From the NCBI GenBank assembly GCA_965649215.1, contig CBFGJZ010000024.1, positions 1-25,927 on the forward strand: a DNA stretch of 25,927 bases, written 5' to 3'. The position numbers were made by a program, and so were the translations under genes. Below are positions 1-8,680 of the stretch, piece after piece; the first letter of the stretch is position 1; each line of letters opens with the position of its first letter. Origin of the DNA: a candidate division WOR-3 bacterium (lineage in GTDB: Bacteria > Hydrothermota > Tepidihabitantia > Tepidihabitantales > CAIPLT01). Under the pieces are notes generated by a model, which saw nothing but the letters and a program-made list of their open reading frames with translations, had not been told where the DNA came from and did not search any database.

Positions 1-1
1 A

Positions 2-841
2 ACGACCGCCGAAGATTGGGAACGAGTCAAAGTAGTCTTATCAACCGCAAAACCTGCTTTAAGTGGTATCATTCCAATCCTCTCTCCTTGGTATCTAAAT
101 CTCTATGAAGCACGTCCCTTACCCACGCGTGGTATGCCAATGACGGAATCTCAAGCTTATGAAAAAATCGTTGACTATGGTGCCAAGGCTGAAACCTATG
201 AAATCCCAACTGTTGAAACCGGTATTTCTATTCAATATGTAATACCGGGTCGAATCACGCTTAAAAGCGGTGAACCTGCTAAAAAAGTCACACTCCTACA
301 AACTCAATTTCCCGCTACATTTCAATATTACACCATTCCCAAAGTCCAAGAAATTGCCTATCTCAACGGTAAATTCAAGAACTCAAGCAACTATATCTTT
401 TTAGCTGGCAATGCCAATACTTATGTTGGTAATGAGTTTAGCGGCAATACTTATCTCAATACGATCGCTCCGGAAGAATCGTGCGAAATCAGTTTTGGCA
501 CTGATGAACGAGTCAAAGTAAAACACGAACTAATTAAAACTATGGTTTCATCAGTCGGTCTTTTTAGTAAACGCGAGAAAAAAGAATTTGAATATCGCAG
601 TACTATTGAAAATCTGCACAAGCAAGACATTGATATCAAAATCATCGAACAGATACCAATCTCACAACACAAAGATATTGAAGTCAAAGTAACGAAAATC
701 GAACCTAGTAGTTATGAAGAAGATAAAAATCTTGGCAGTTTTACCTATCAGCCCAAAATAAAACCCCAACAAAAATTCGTCATCACTTTAAATTATTATG
801 TTGAATATCCAAAAGGAAAAATTATCAACGGCTTATACTAA
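2..841 (+). CDS. DUF4139 / TIGR02231 (MuiA-like) family protein, 5'-truncated by window edge
   Basis: Frame is open from base 2 (TTAEDWERVKVVLSTAKP...LSPWYL), upstream of the ORF-track start at 134. The EDW..V.LSTA.P and PWYL motifs, GNANTYVGNEFSG, ISFGTDERVKV and EQIPISQHKDIEVK are typical of DUF4139. Confidence 0.85.
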   Translation, partial: TTAEDWERVKVVLSTAKPALSGIIPILSPWYLNLYEARPLPTRGMPMTESQAYEKIVDYGAKAETYEIPTVETGISIQYVIPGRITLKSGEPAKKVTLLQTQFPATFQYYTIPKVQEIAYLNGKFKNSSNYIFLAGNANTYVGNEFSGNTYLNTIAPEESCEISFGTDERVKVKHELIKTMVSSVGLFSKREKKEFEYRSTIENLHKQDIDIKIIEQIPISQHKDIEVKVTKIEPSSYEEDKNLGSFTYQPKIKPQQKFVITLNYYVEYPKGKIINGLY

Positions 842-1021
842 ATTAAAATCTATTTAATTAAAATTCTGCTTAATAATCGCAATATCATAAGCATGACTGG
901 GTACTGATTGAGTACGATCCCCTCCCTCTGGTTAAATCTTAAAGCAAACCTTAAATAGAAATAAAGTTTAGCCCCTTAACCTCTTGATTATTAAAGATAA
1001 AGGATTGATAAGATGAAATAA

Positions 1022-1717
1022 TTACCAAATCAACCGAGGAAACGAAATACCGAAAAATCCATCTAAGCCAAGAGTTATGGTTAGAACTTGCTTATCAACA
1101 TTTAACGGATAACCCAACTCAACATACAACCCACCCGGCAAAAAAGATGCCAAGCGTTGATTCTTCCAACCGCTCTTACTATAAATATGAACACCACTAA
1201 AAAGTTGCGCGGTTAAAATATCTCGCTTTGTATTGGTTTGGATATACATATTAGGCCAGCGAAAAACTTTTGCGCCACCGTAAACCGAAAAATTCCTACT
1301 CAATTCAACGCCCCCAATCACGGTTCCAAATGGTGATAGCATAAGCTCATTGATCACATAATCACAACCGACCATCACTGTCCAATTATTTGTCGCTTGA
1401 TATTTCAGATTAAGTCCTACTGAAGAATTAACTGATGAATTACCATGTAAGCCAATATCAAAATTTTTACTTATGCCATACTGGATATAACCACCATAAG
1501 TCCGATATTTCTCATCCGCATCATAATATATCGCACTATCCCGAGCTTGACTTTGTAGGTATAATGGTAAAGTCAGATACGCACTATAACTAACATTACC
1601 AACCCCTTTACTAGCAACATCTTGACAAATACCCCAAATGCCCTTGGCATTATTAAAGACTAAGACGCTGACTATAAAAATAACGATGCGGTGATATTTT
1701 TGATATGTTCGGTTCAT
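1022..1717 (-). CDS. Hypothetical exported protein, probable outer-membrane beta-barrel
   Basis: 231 aa ORF with a signal-like N-terminus and alternating Gly/aromatic beta-strand patterns (GGYIQYGISKNFDIGL, VGLNLKYQ, LYVELGY). Start overlaps the upstream stop (ATGA). Confidence 0.6.
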   Translation of the reverse strand: MNRTYQKYHRIVIFIVSVLVFNNAKGIWGICQDVASKGVGNVSYSAYLTLPLYLQSQARDSAIYYDADEKYRTYGGYIQYGISKNFDIGLHGNSSVNSSVGLNLKYQATNNWTVMVGCDYVINELMLSPFGTVIGGVELSRNFSVYGGAKVFRWPNMYIQTNTKRDILTAQLFSGVHIYSKSGWKNQRLASFLPGGLYVELGYPLNVDKQVLTITLGLDGFFGISFPRLIW

Positions 1718-3993
1718 AACTTAGTCGCGATTACAATCGGTTTACGCACCACCACATTACGACCGTGAGCAGTAATTCCTTTTAAATTCACAATATAAAT
1801 CCCCAGTGGACAAGGTTCTAAGTTATCGTCTTTACCATCCCAAGAGAGTTCTTGATAACCACCCGGATGATTTGTTAACAGGCGTCTCACTAAACGACCT
1901 TCTAAATCAAAGATTTCCATATAAATCCGATAATCCAGAGGCGCATTAATTCGAATCGTCGCGTACTGACGATAAGGATCCGGATCATTCACTGAAAATG
2001 GATTTGGGAAAATCGTATCAATTCTTAAAACTGAATCGGCCGCGACCATTGAATCCGTAATATCAACCAAATCCGAAATAAATCTTGGCATCACTTGATA
2101 ACCTGTATTATATGGATACGAATTATCATACTGACCAACAATACCCGTAACCTTGATGCGTCGGTTTTTACAAATCCAATTCAAAGGAATGCCGGCTCCA
2201 TCAACAACTCGAATGGTTATAGCTGGGGTACCATTCTTAATGGTAAAGTTTCGACCGGCGCCTGAAACTGATGGTTCTGTAATAATCGCACCGCTCACTT
2301 CAATCAATTGACTTTCCATTGCCTCGGTGATTGGTGTGTTGTAAGGCAAAACTCGCACATTAAGCGCTTGAGGATTTGAATCCAATAAAAACATTGCGCC
2401 ATTCGCAACTTCCGTGAGACCGGCATATTCAGTCACCCGCCCAATACATTCCCATTTTGTGCCCACAATATTTAATAAATGGGTATGTTGAGAAGACACT
2501 TGAGGAGCATAGATGTTAACACCATTGGTTGCATCTTGAAGATATAAACTATATGACGAGCCACTGGTAAAAACATTGGCCGGTCCACTAATCCAACCTT
2601 GTATTTTCACATACTGACCTTCATAATAAGAAGAATAGCCATCAAGTCCCACTCGTTGCACTTCATTAATTGTTAACAATGGTAATTGATCATTTAAACT
2701 CCGTGAAAAATCACTGCGAAAGCGGGGTAAAAATTGATAACCAGAATTTACCGGTGGCATCGTATCGGTTGTATATTGACTTTTAATACCGATCACTGTA
2801 AAAGTATCTTGGGCAACAACTAAACCAGGAATATCTGTATCACTATCAATGCGCAGGACACAATTACCCGTGGAATCAATCAAAACATAATTCTGATCAC
2901 CCAGCAGTAAAAAGGCAGTAGAAAAAACACCCCGGAGCATCACCAAACTACCTTCATATGGTTCTCGATTCATCATTGCCGTTGTTAATGGAATCGGCGA
3001 TGGTAAAGGCCGATTGTTGGCAACAATCGTAATGTTAGCATTGTAAATTTCGGTCTTTCCCCGATAAAAATAAACAACCCCACTCACAATCACACTATCA
3101 CCCAATTGAACAGGTTGATAAGAAAAACTAAAAACATTCACCCCAGCAGTATTATCTTGTACATAAATATCTGTCTGGGTTTTTGAAAACACTCCTGTTG
3201 GTACTGTCACAATGCCCGTAATAACAACACTACTTCCTCTTAAATCAGGAATCCCATTACTATCTGCATCCACAATTGCATTAGCGATCGGTATTGCGTT
3301 AACCGGCAATTGCAAATCACTGCTATTACGGGGCATTACTTGATAACCATCAAAATATGGTGCTGAATTATCATACTGGGCAATCACGCCAATTAAATTA
3401 AAATAACCAGTTGGAATCGGTTGGCCGATTAAACTCGTCACATCATTATCAATCCGTATCTGCGCCGTATTACCATAAGTATCTTGAATTGTATAGTTAG
3501 TATTACCTGCAAAATTACCACTGGCTTGCGGAATGCGTATCTGATTGAGACGGATTAAAGTCCCTTCATTTTCCACATAACCCGCCGCAGTGTCAATCCT
3601 CGCAATTTGTGGAATACTCATTGCCACCGGCGTAACAATCTTACCACTACTATGTTTAGTTATGGTCGGATTGATAATTTCAGTAAGACCATTAAAAAGC
3701 GTCACCGTTCCAGTCACCGTAACACTATCGCCAATCACCAACGACGATACACTTGAACCATAAACCGCGACGCCACCGGTATTATCAAAAACATATGCCG
3801 GGCCCGAACTACCAAAATGAGTAGCGACCGAAACAATGCCACTTATCGTGACCGTCGAATCTAAGAGCAATGGAACGCCATTACTATTATTTCTTCGAAC
3901 ATCAAGAATCGGCCGTGCTTCGCTAATACTGATAAAAAAATTACACAACACAATCAAAACAATAACTACTGATTTTATCGTATATTTTCTCAT
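1714..3993 (-). CDS. Secreted protein with three tandem double-OB-fold modules and a C-terminal FlgD-Ig-like domain
   Basis: ATG at 3993 (MRKYTIK..., signal peptide) with GGAG upstream. Repeated motifs VTISGIV / VVITGIV / VKIQGWI, VFDNTGGV / VQDNTAGV / LQDATNGV, and YQVMPRNSSDL / YQFLPRFRSDF / YQVMPRFISDL. C-terminal FPNPFS...IFDLEGRLVRRL...WDGKDD...GIYIV is the FlgD-Ig / secretion-tail signature. Confidence 0.75.
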   Translation of the reverse strand: MRKYTIKSVVIVLIVLCNFFISISEARPILDVRRNNSNGVPLLLDSTVTISGIVSVATHFGSSGPAYVFDNTGGVAVYGSSVSSLVIGDSVTVTGTVTLFNGLTEIINPTITKHSSGKIVTPVAMSIPQIARIDTAAGYVENEGTLIRLNQIRIPQASGNFAGNTNYTIQDTYGNTAQIRIDNDVTSLIGQPIPTGYFNLIGVIAQYDNSAPYFDGYQVMPRNSSDLQLPVNAIPIANAIVDADSNGIPDLRGSSVVITGIVTVPTGVFSKTQTDIYVQDNTAGVNVFSFSYQPVQLGDSVIVSGVVYFYRGKTEIYNANITIVANNRPLPSPIPLTTAMMNREPYEGSLVMLRGVFSTAFLLLGDQNYVLIDSTGNCVLRIDSDTDIPGLVVAQDTFTVIGIKSQYTTDTMPPVNSGYQFLPRFRSDFSRSLNDQLPLLTINEVQRVGLDGYSSYYEGQYVKIQGWISGPANVFTSGSSYSLYLQDATNGVNIYAPQVSSQHTHLLNIVGTKWECIGRVTEYAGLTEVANGAMFLLDSNPQALNVRVLPYNTPITEAMESQLIEVSGAIITEPSVSGAGRNFTIKNGTPAITIRVVDGAGIPLNWICKNRRIKVTGIVGQYDNSYPYNTGYQVMPRFISDLVDITDSMVAADSVLRIDTIFPNPFSVNDPDPYRQYATIRINAPLDYRIYMEIFDLEGRLVRRLLTNHPGGYQELSWDGKDDNLEPCPLGIYIVNLKGITAHGRNVVVRKPIVIATKL

Positions 3994-3994
3994 T

Positions 3995-5251
3995 TTACTT
4001 TTTCCACTCCTTTTCAATTTTTAAAGCCGCATTATCCAACGCCCGTTTCGGGTCAGTCTTTAAGCGTAATGCTTCTTCCATTGCTTCTCCCAAATACTTA
4101 CGACCCGCAAACCATTCTTCCCCACGTGGCTCAAAATAAGCATAATTCAATTGGTCAATTGCTGCTCGTAAACCTTTTACTTCATTTAAGACTTTTTGAT
4201 AAGTCGGTTGATCGAGAGCACTCCGACAAACTGGCACATAAAAAGTTTCACTTGCCCAACGTGCTTGTTGTTTGCTTCGAGTAAACCATTTAATAAATCG
4301 CCATGCGGCTTCTTTCTGCTTTAAATTGGCTTTCTGAAAGATACAAATATTAGTACCATAGGTTAAAACAGCATTTTTATCCCAACTCGGAATCGGTGCG
4401 ATTGCAATCGGAAAAGTCATCTTATCTCGCATAAACGCCCAAGATACAATCGTCCCCCAAATAATACCAATTTTACCGGATAGAAAATCATTCTGCGGTT
4501 CATAACCACTGATAAAATTACTTACTGAATCTTTATAAATCAAATCAATTAAATACTTTAAAATATCAACGCCAACTTGATTGTTAAAGGTTACCTTATT
4601 CGTATTTTCATCTAAGAAATGAACACCCCTTTGATATAACATACAACCAAATAACCAAGAATTAACACCACCTGCTGTACCCCAAATATCAATCTTACCA
4701 TCTTTATTGACATCTCGGGTTAATTTCTTACAGACCACACGAAAATCATTCCAACTCTTCGGAAATTCATTAATCCCTAAAGAATCAAACATTGCCGCAT
4801 TATAAAAATATACCGGTACACTCTTATTAAACGGGAAGGTCAAAAACTTTCCATCCCATTTATTATTTTCAATAAAAACACTAAATATATCATCAATCTC
4901 TTCTTGGCTTAATCCATTGGGACTAAAAATAAAACTATCTAAAGGAAACAGTTGATTTTGTTTATAAAATTGGGTTGTCCAAGATTCATAAACTTGAGCA
5001 ATTGTCGGTGGATTATCCACTGCAATTGCACCCATTAACTTTTGGGCTAAAGCACTATAATCACCCATCCCGACTAAAGTTACTTTGATATCCGGATGCT
5101 CTTTCTCAAAATCACGCACCATTGATTCTAAAGTCTTTCCCAAAGGACCACCCATTGCATGCCAAAATGTTATCTCGGTCTTTTCGATTTTCTTCTGACA
5201 CGAAAAAACAACTACTCCGACTAACAAAAATAAAATCAGATATTTTCTCAT
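3995..5251 (-). CDS. ABC transporter substrate-binding lipoprotein, family 1 (UgpB / sugar-binding-like)
   Basis: Lipobox VFSC after a hydrophobic signal starting at ATG 5251. Motifs ITFWHAMGG, FEKEHPDIKV, PFNKSVPVYFYN, PKSWNDF and AAWRFIKW. Confidence 0.88.
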   Translation of the reverse strand: MRKYLILFLLVGVVVFSCQKKIEKTEITFWHAMGGPLGKTLESMVRDFEKEHPDIKVTLVGMGDYSALAQKLMGAIAVDNPPTIAQVYESWTTQFYKQNQLFPLDSFIFSPNGLSQEEIDDIFSVFIENNKWDGKFLTFPFNKSVPVYFYNAAMFDSLGINEFPKSWNDFRVVCKKLTRDVNKDGKIDIWGTAGGVNSWLFGCMLYQRGVHFLDENTNKVTFNNQVGVDILKYLIDLIYKDSVSNFISGYEPQNDFLSGKIGIIWGTIVSWAFMRDKMTFPIAIAPIPSWDKNAVLTYGTNICIFQKANLKQKEAAWRFIKWFTRSKQQARWASETFYVPVCRSALDQPTYQKVLNEVKGLRAAIDQLNYAYFEPRGEEWFAGRKYLGEAMEEALRLKTDPKRALDNAALKIEKEWKK

Positions 5252-5259
5252 AGCAAGAA

Positions 5260-5287
5260 ATTTTACCTTATCTATTATCAATGTCAA
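5260..5287 (-). promoter_or_regulatory. Sigma70-type promoter for the binding-protein operon
   Basis: TTGACA (5287-5282), 16 nt spacer, TAAAAT (5265-5260), then 8 nt to ATG 5251. Confidence 0.6.
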
Positions 5288-5313
5288 CTATTTTATTATC
5301 GGACACAAATAAC

Positions 5314-5342
5314 TTGATTATTACTAAGAATTGCAGTATGAT
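5314..5342 (+). promoter_or_regulatory. Sigma70-type promoter for the beta-barrel gene
   Basis: TTGATT (5314-5319), 17 nt spacer, TATGAT (5337-5342), then 7 nt to ATG 5350. Confidence 0.55.
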
Positions 5343-5349
5343 AATAGCT

Positions 5350-6075
5350 ATGCAAAAAATAATCCTTATAACTTTATTAACAACCATTATCAGTTATGCC
5401 CAGTTCTCACTTGATTTTGAAGGTGGTATCGTATTCAGTGGTTATAATAATGTACAAATTCCACGATCTACCGGCACTCGCTTCTCACTCACCAATCAGA
5501 TTAAAACTGATCCTGCCTTATTTTTTCGTAGTCGTATAAATTATACCCTAAACAAGAAACATACCTTCTCTCTCCTCTATGCGCCATTAAATTTAAGCGG
5601 AAGTGGTGTCATTAATAATACCATAATTTTTGAAGGTGTAACTTTCCCTGCTTATGAAACTCTTCAATCTACTTATAAATTTAATTCCTATCGCATAACA
5701 TATCGTTATGATTTCCTTAACAAAGAAAAAGTTAAATTTGGACTTGGTTTTACCGCTAAAATTAGAGACGCCGCCATCAAACTCCAAAGTTCAAATACCT
5801 CATCTGTAAAAACTAATATCGGTTTTGTCCCGATTATAAACTTTAATTTTGAATATTACCCGATAAAACAAATTACTCTCCTTATCAATGGCGATGCTTT
5901 AGCTGCTCCTCAAGGCCGAGCTGAAGATGTTGTGATTGCTTTAAAGTATCATCTTTCTAAGCACTTTGATTTTAAATTAGGTTATCGAATTTTAGAAGGC
6001 GGGGCTGATGTTGAAGAAGTCTATAATTTCTCAATGTTTCATTATGCATTAGCAGGTCTCTTAATAAACTTCTAA
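5350..6075 (+). CDS. Putative outer-membrane beta-barrel protein
   Basis: Signal peptide MQKIILITLLTTIISYA/Q, amphipathic strands (FNSYRITYRYDF, FDFKLGYRIL) and a C-terminal Phe (LAGLLINF). Confidence 0.7.
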   Translation: MQKIILITLLTTIISYAQFSLDFEGGIVFSGYNNVQIPRSTGTRFSLTNQIKTDPALFFRSRINYTLNKKHTFSLLYAPLNLSGSGVINNTIIFEGVTFPAYETLQSTYKFNSYRITYRYDFLNKEKVKFGLGFTAKIRDAAIKLQSSNTSSVKTNIGFVPIINFNFEYYPIKQITLLINGDALAAPQGRAEDVVIALKYHLSKHFDFKLGYRILEGGADVEEVYNFSMFHYALAGLLINF

Positions 6076-6079
6076 AACG

Positions 6080-6307
6080 GTGCTAAAAAAAATATCAGTT
6101 GTGGTTAAACCAAACTCTCGGGTCGAAAAGATCGAGGAACATCAAAACTATTATGCAATTTGGGTTAAAGCACCACCCCATGAAGATCGTGCCAACCATG
6201 CCTTAATAAGTATCTTGGCTGAATATTTTCGACTTCCCAAAGCTAATCTCCGGATCATTGCTGGCCATAAATCAAAAAGAAAAATTGTTGAAATTAGAAC
6301 TAATTAA
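6080..6307 (+). CDS. DUF167 (YggU/UPF0235) family protein
   Basis: GTG start; VVVKPNSR...VKAPPHEDRAN...LAEYF...IIAGHKSKRKIVEI matches the family pattern. Confidence 0.9.
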   Translation: MLKKISVVVKPNSRVEKIEEHQNYYAIWVKAPPHEDRANHALISILAEYFRLPKANLRIIAGHKSKRKIVEIRTN

Positions 6308-7868
6308 CTAACAGCGACTCATCAATCCGTAAAACATACATTTCGGGTTTTGAAGTTTGGTAGAGGACTTGAAACTTATCTTGATATTTACTAACAATTG
6401 GTGCTAAATACTTTGTGGTAGTAGCGGTCCAATAAAATCGGTCAAACAATAGATAGTGGGGTTGATACTTCTTTACCATTTCAAAAAACTTGTTTTCATC
6501 ATTGCTAAATGGATAAGTAAATGACTTACGATTCGCAATTAAATAAGTGAATTGCGGTTTCCGCGAGATAACGACTTCATCAGTGGCAGTATTATGCTTA
6601 ATCCAATCTAAAGCCTTAAAATAATTTTGCCAATCTAGCGGATAACCCGCCATCTTGTCTCCTCGAAAATAAGCATTTAAATTGCGCATATTTTCAGAAC
6701 TGACTGAAAGTAGCTCTGCAAGGCAAAAGATTACAAAAAAACTCGTAATTAAAGACGGCATAACAAAGGATTTCTTTATTAATCTCTGTATCCCTAATAT
6801 CAGATAGTAAAACAATAATGGCAAAATGGGTAATAAAAAGCGGTCACCCGTCCACACCGCAGGCCAAGCAAAGGTAATGATTAAAAATAGCACTAAATAA
6901 ATCTCCAACATACTGATTTTCTTAATTTTGCTGATAAGGCCAATTAATACTAAACTGGAACTCAAAAAACCAACAATTCTTAAAGCCACGACATTATGCC
7001 AAGTCGGTAATAATATCTTCGGAAAAATTTCTAATGTGTACAATTTAAAATTCTTAAAAAATCTACTAATCAATTCTGAAAAAGTAATTTTTCCTGCTTC
7101 CAGATCATAAGGATTACGACTGAAAAATTGAGTAAAATAGCCACTATCTCCTATTTTAACACTTCGGATCTGCCATAATGCAACAAATATCCCCGATAAT
7201 AATAAGAGTATTACAAATTCCGAATAACGCTTAGTAAATATGAGATAAATTAATATTGCTAGGAGCAAAGTGATACCGACGGTACGAAGATAATAAGTAG
7301 CAATCAATGCTGATATCATGCCAATAAATAATGCTAATGTTTTTCTATTTAAAATCTTTATCTTAGTAAATAGGTAAATTGCTAACAGTGAGAAAAATAA
7401 ATAAGGAATCTCAGAAAGGATATAATGTGAATACATAATAATTATTGGCGAGCAAGTAACTAATAAAAGTGCTAAAATCCATCGTCGATCAGTTAAATAA
7501 TGTTTATACAGTTGATAACAAAAATAAAACATACCAACTGACAATAACATAATAACTAACTTTATGGCGATAAAATTATCACTAAATAATAATACAAACG
7601 GTGCTAATAAAATAGGAAATCCCGGCGGATATTGGCTATGTGCAGGCATATCGGGCATAAAAATATCTCGATAGCCTTGACCCGTAATTAAAGACTTAGC
7701 TAAAATTAAATAATGGGCATTATCACCACCTAAAAATAATTTAGGGTCAAAATTCAAAATATTAATTATGATAAAAATTACCATTAATATCAGAAATATC
7801 TTTTTATCGTTGATACTTACTGAAGGACGGATATTTTTAATTGATTTAACCTTTTTTGCTTTACTCAT
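6300..7868 (-). CDS. GT-C fold membrane glycosyltransferase (PMT_2 / ArnT / GT39-like)
   Basis: Many transmembrane segments; GGDNAHYLILAKSL, YPPGFP, ILSEIPYLFFSLL, LRTVG and DRFLLPILP motifs; soluble C-terminal domain. Confidence 0.8.
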   Translation of the reverse strand: MSKAKKVKSIKNIRPSVSINDKKIFLILMVIFIIINILNFDPKLFLGGDNAHYLILAKSLITGQGYRDIFMPDMPAHSQYPPGFPILLAPFVLLFSDNFIAIKLVIMLLSVGMFYFCYQLYKHYLTDRRWILALLLVTCSPIIIMYSHYILSEIPYLFFSLLAIYLFTKIKILNRKTLALFIGMISALIATYYLRTVGITLLLAILIYLIFTKRYSEFVILLLLSGIFVALWQIRSVKIGDSGYFTQFFSRNPYDLEAGKITFSELISRFFKNFKLYTLEIFPKILLPTWHNVVALRIVGFLSSSLVLIGLISKIKKISMLEIYLVLFLIITFAWPAVWTGDRFLLPILPLLFYYLILGIQRLIKKSFVMPSLITSFFVIFCLAELLSVSSENMRNLNAYFRGDKMAGYPLDWQNYFKALDWIKHNTATDEVVISRKPQFTYLIANRKSFTYPFSNDENKFFEMVKKYQPHYLLFDRFYWTATTTKYLAPIVSKYQDKFQVLYQTSKPEMYVLRIDESLLVN

Positions 7869-7911
7869 TTAGTAAAAGCAAGGTATTTGATAATTTAAGA
7901 AAAACTATTAT

Positions 7912-8349
7912 TTAAAAAGGTAGATCATCGATATTTTCTGGTTCCACATTACTCTCATCAATATTTTCTTCAGGAACCTCGGTAATATCTGGTTCACTAC
8001 CAATTTTATCTAATACTTGAATGCGTCGGGCAAAAATTTCAACGACACTTCTTTTATCTCCATTTTGGTTGGTCCAGGAGCGGCTTCGTAAACTTCCTTC
8101 AATTAGAAGCGCACTGCCTTTTTTAATGCGTTCTGCACAACGCTCGGCTTGCGGACCCCAAACCACCACATTAAAATAACTGGTGTCATCTTTCCATTCT
8201 TGACTTTCTTTATCTTGATAGCGGCGGTTTACCGCAATTGATAAATTGCAAGTTGGAGTCCCTTTCGGGGTATATTTTAATTCCACTTCACGAGTTGCTC
8301 GACCCATAATGGCAACATAATTAAGTGAACCTAATCTAAGTTCAGCCAT
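7912..8349 (-). CDS. ssb: Single-stranded DNA-binding protein
   Basis: Start ATG 8349 after AGGAG. LNYVAIMGRATREVELKYTP and VVVWG.QAE motifs; acidic tail ending DDLPF. Confidence 0.96.
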   Translation of the reverse strand: MAELRLGSLNYVAIMGRATREVELKYTPKGTPTCNLSIAVNRRYQDKESQEWKDDTSYFNVVVWGPQAERCAERIKKGSALLIEGSLRSRSWTNQNGDKRSVVEIFARRIQVLDKIGSEPDITEVPEENIDESNVEPENIDDLPF

Positions 8350-8353
8350 GGCT

Positions 8354-8641
8354 TCACTCCTTTTTAATGAAAGTACTTCGCAAAATTTCTTCCCAATGTT
8401 TGATTTCTTCTTTGATACTTTGAATTGCCTGGGGCGGTGCTTCAAAATTGAAAGTTAGAAATGTCCCTTTGGTTTCTTTTTTAATGGGATAAGGAAATTG
8501 CCGACTCTCCATGGTTGAGTTAATTATTTTAACACCTTGCATTCCTTCAATTGTTTTCTTAAGTTTTTCACTAAATTCTTTAGTTTCGTTTTCGTTCAGT
8601 TTAGAACTGATGACAAAAATTGCTTCATAGTTTCTTACCAT
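8354..8641 (-). CDS. rpsF: 30S ribosomal protein S6
   Basis: RNYEAIFVI...FPYPIKK...ILRS; GGGAGG Shine-Dalgarno; position before ssb. Confidence 0.93.
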   Translation of the reverse strand: MVRNYEAIFVISSKLNENETKEFSEKLKKTIEGMQGVKIINSTMESRQFPYPIKKETKGTFLTFNFEAPPQAIQSIKEEIKHWEEILRSTFIKKE

Positions 8642-8680
8642 TTTGCCTCCCTAATATATTCTATTATATGATATAACATT

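Noticed and set aside
3982-5251. Identical first 12 nt (ATGAGAAAATAT, MRKY) in two adjacent genes
   Set aside because: Common AT-rich signal-peptide start; similarity does not extend further.
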